Below, one piece after another: positions 62,102 through 64,000 of a stretch of 64,000 bases of DNA (the first letter of the stretch is position 1; each line of letters begins with the position of its first letter). The notes under the pieces are model-generated. The model saw only the letters and a program-made list of their open reading frames with translations. It had not been told where the DNA came from and made no database searches. Source of the stretch: a virus; the IMG/VR virus record IMGVR_UViG_3300012936_000006, positions 1-64,000 of that record. One strand, given 5' to 3'. The position numbers and the translations under genes were made by a program.

Positions 62102-64000
62102 GTGAAGAAACTAGGAATGATGCTCCTAGCGAGCACGGCTTTTATATTATCTTGTTCGTGTCAAGACAGAATTAAGCTAATACAGGCTTGTTCGCACCAC
62201 TCCGAAAAAAACTCACCTTGCGTTGGTTCCGAAGAATCCTTTTCACTTTTAAACCCAGAAAATAAAAACACTGGTGAATGCTCTATTGGCAGAATTACGT
62301 GCAGGCAACACGAGTACACCATGGAAGAGTATTGTGGTGACGATGAGGGCTGTAAAGCAGAGTGGGAAACAACCAGAACTGATGATATATGTGTTGGTCA
62401 TGTTGGTCCAAAGGGTGAATTATGCGATGGTCTCGACAATGACTGCGATGGCGAGATTGATGAAAATTATGATGTGGACGGCGATGGCTTCAAAAGTGCG
62501 GCGGCATTGAAACCAGACGGTCAGCTTTGCGGCTATGACTGTGATGACTTTAACCCAGCAGTCCACCCAAGTTCAACTGAGATTTGCGATGGAATCGACA
62601 ATGATTGTGACTGTAGGGTGCTAGATTCTTCGTTGCAAGATTCTAATGGAGATGGCGTTTTTTGTGGCTGTGGACCTGCTGGGTGTGATGATGGCGTTGA
62701 TGAAGGCTTGGTTGGAAACACAATTGGCATATGCTATCCCGAAGGTGTTACCGAGCAAGAATGGAGCACCCTCTCTGTTGAGAATAGCCCATGTTCTATT
62801 GGAAAGCTTCGGTGTGAGTCTGGCGAGATTTTATGTGTTGGAGCGCAAGGACCAAAAGAAGAGGTATGCGACGGTGTAGATAATAATTGCAATGGTGCAG
62901 CCGATGAGAACGAATTAGTTGTCGGTGCTGGCGATGCTTGCGGGTCTGATGTTGGGGTATGCCAAGAGGGTCATTTAATTTGCGACCCAGTGACAAAAGA
63001 TATGATTTGTGTTGGTCAGGTCACAGGACAAAGCCCCGATTTCTGCGACGGTCTCGATAATGATTGTGACGGACAATCTGATGAAGATGCTGGCTCTGTG
63101 CTCTGTTCTAATGGATGCCCACAAACGGGGTATCAATATTGTGTTGAGGGGGAATATAGCACTTGTGATGCACCGCTTCCCGAATCTGAGGATGACGATC
63201 CCTGCAACGGAGAGGACGACGATTGTGACGGTCAGGTAGATGAGGGTCAAGAGTGTCAGTGTGATGCCGATGAAGTCGGTCCATTTGCTCCTGACTGCAC
63301 AGTAGATGAAATGGTTGCTTCTGGCTTGTCTTGCGGAAAAGGAAAGAAAGATTGTATTTGTGAAAATGGAGACTGTCAGTATGGAGAGTGCTATTTGACT
63401 TGCGACCCATGGGTAGACGGAGCACCGAATCCAAATGTCTTTTGGGGTCCATGCGACCCGGAAACTTGTGACGATTGGGATCACAATTGCTGGGCTGGAC
63501 CAGCAGATGTAGAACCGCAACCTTGTCCATGTGATCCAACACACCCTGATCCATCTATTGCTCTCTTATCACTTGAGGGCAACGGCTGTGAAGCGGGAGA
63601 GTGTACAGCAGGCAGTCGCTCTTGCGTGCTAGATCCCCAAACAAACACTCATGGCTGGCACCCTGCCGACTGTGATGCGATAGGTCCAGTTGAAGAAGTT
63701 TGTGACGAGCTAGATAATGACTGTGATACATTAGTTGATGAAGAGTTGAACAGTTTTGAGAGAGTCGATATGGTTTTTGCTATCGACATAACGGGTTCAA
63801 TGGATTCTGTTATTGAAGATGTTCACAACGCCATCAACGCTTATGCTCAGGACTTTCAGCAAACAGAGCACCAGTTTGCGTTAATCTTATTCCCGGCTCC
63901 TTATTGTGATCCAAACAACCCGACAACTAATCCGGGCTGTGATTGGGCATCGGCTGGCTCGCCTGCTACTATGTGTGGCGATGGAAGTAATGAAGGGGAT
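62102..64000 (+). CDS. Cys/Asp-rich lipoprotein with CDGxDNDCDG (MopE-related) repeats and a vWA domain; 3'-truncated, absent from ORF track
   Basis: GTG start, signal MKKLGMMLLASTAFILS-C; about 7 repeats such as ELCDGLDNDCDGEIDE; in-frame DMVFAIDITGSM MIDAS motif near 63770; no stop seen before the window end. Confidence 0.85.
   Translation, partial: MKKLGMMLLASTAFILSCSCQDRIKLIQACSHHSEKNSPCVGSEESFSLLNPENKNTGECSIGRITCRQHEYTMEEYCGDDEGCKAEWETTRTDDICVGHVGPKGELCDGLDNDCDGEIDENYDVDGDGFKSAAALKPDGQLCGYDCDDFNPAVHPSSTEICDGIDNDCDCRVLDSSLQDSNGDGVFCGCGPAGCDDGVDEGLVGNTIGICYPEGVTEQEWSTLSVENSPCSIGKLRCESGEILCVGAQGPKEEVCDGVDNNCNGAADENELVVGAGDACGSDVGVCQEGHLICDPVTKDMICVGQVTGQSPDFCDGLDNDCDGQSDEDAGSVLCSNGCPQTGYQYCVEGEYSTCDAPLPESEDDDPCNGEDDDCDGQVDEGQECQCDADEVGPFAPDCTVDEMVASGLSCGKGKKDCICENGDCQYGECYLTCDPWVDGAPNPNVFWGPCDPETCDDWDHNCWAGPADVEPQPCPCDPTHPDPSIALLSLEGNGCEAGECTAGSRSCVLDPQTNTHGWHPADCDAIGPVEEVCDELDNDCDTLVDEELNSFERVDMVFAIDITGSMDSVIEDVHNAINAYAQDFQQTEHQFALILFPAPYCDPNNPTTNPGCDWASAGSPATMCGDGSNEGD

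Noticed and set aside
1-64000. Stop-codon reassignment, or cellular/prophage origin
   Set aside because: Conserved genes are intact in the standard code and end in all three stops. Host-like genes are interleaved with phage genes on one strand, and no integrase or host boundary is visible.

Overview
64 kb of a large, lytic-looking contractile-tailed (T4-superfamily-like, possibly jumbo) dsDNA bacteriophage. Every credible gene is on the + strand and uses the standard genetic code. Layout: (1) 1-19.4 kb virion module: 3' part of a gp23-type major capsid, neck, tail terminator, 1170-aa sheath, tube, chaperone pair with a slippery T7 run, 1626-aa tape measure, baseplate genes. (2) 19.4-38.4 kb replication and nucleotide module: a short divergent family-A polymerase, tubulin/FtsZ-like protein, gp32-like SSB, RecA, 5'-3' exonuclease, DnaB-type helicase, class II RNR, DnaE, dUTPase, adenine MTase, GuaB/GMPR. 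(3) 38.4-64 kb accessory region: ClpP, GroEL, Hsp20, glutaredoxin, IscA, cell-wall hydrolases, a Mom-like DNA modifier, a circularly permuted patatin and a myxobacterial-style CDGxDNDCDG-repeat/vWA lipoprotein. Two promoter classes are visible: near-consensus sigma70 promoters and an intergenic ACTATTTAT motif before virion genes. The most striking signal is a set of 7-8 unrelated enzymes and small proteins (53.9-62.0 kb), several translationally coupled, that share a 14-aa leader MKxLMENWRxFLxE. It resembles the T4 capsid-targeting/gp21-cleavage sequence and suggests a modular system of capsid-packaged, injected effectors. No tRNA, rRNA, CRISPR array, integrase, intron or intein was seen. All family assignments come from motif recognition by eye; no searches were run.
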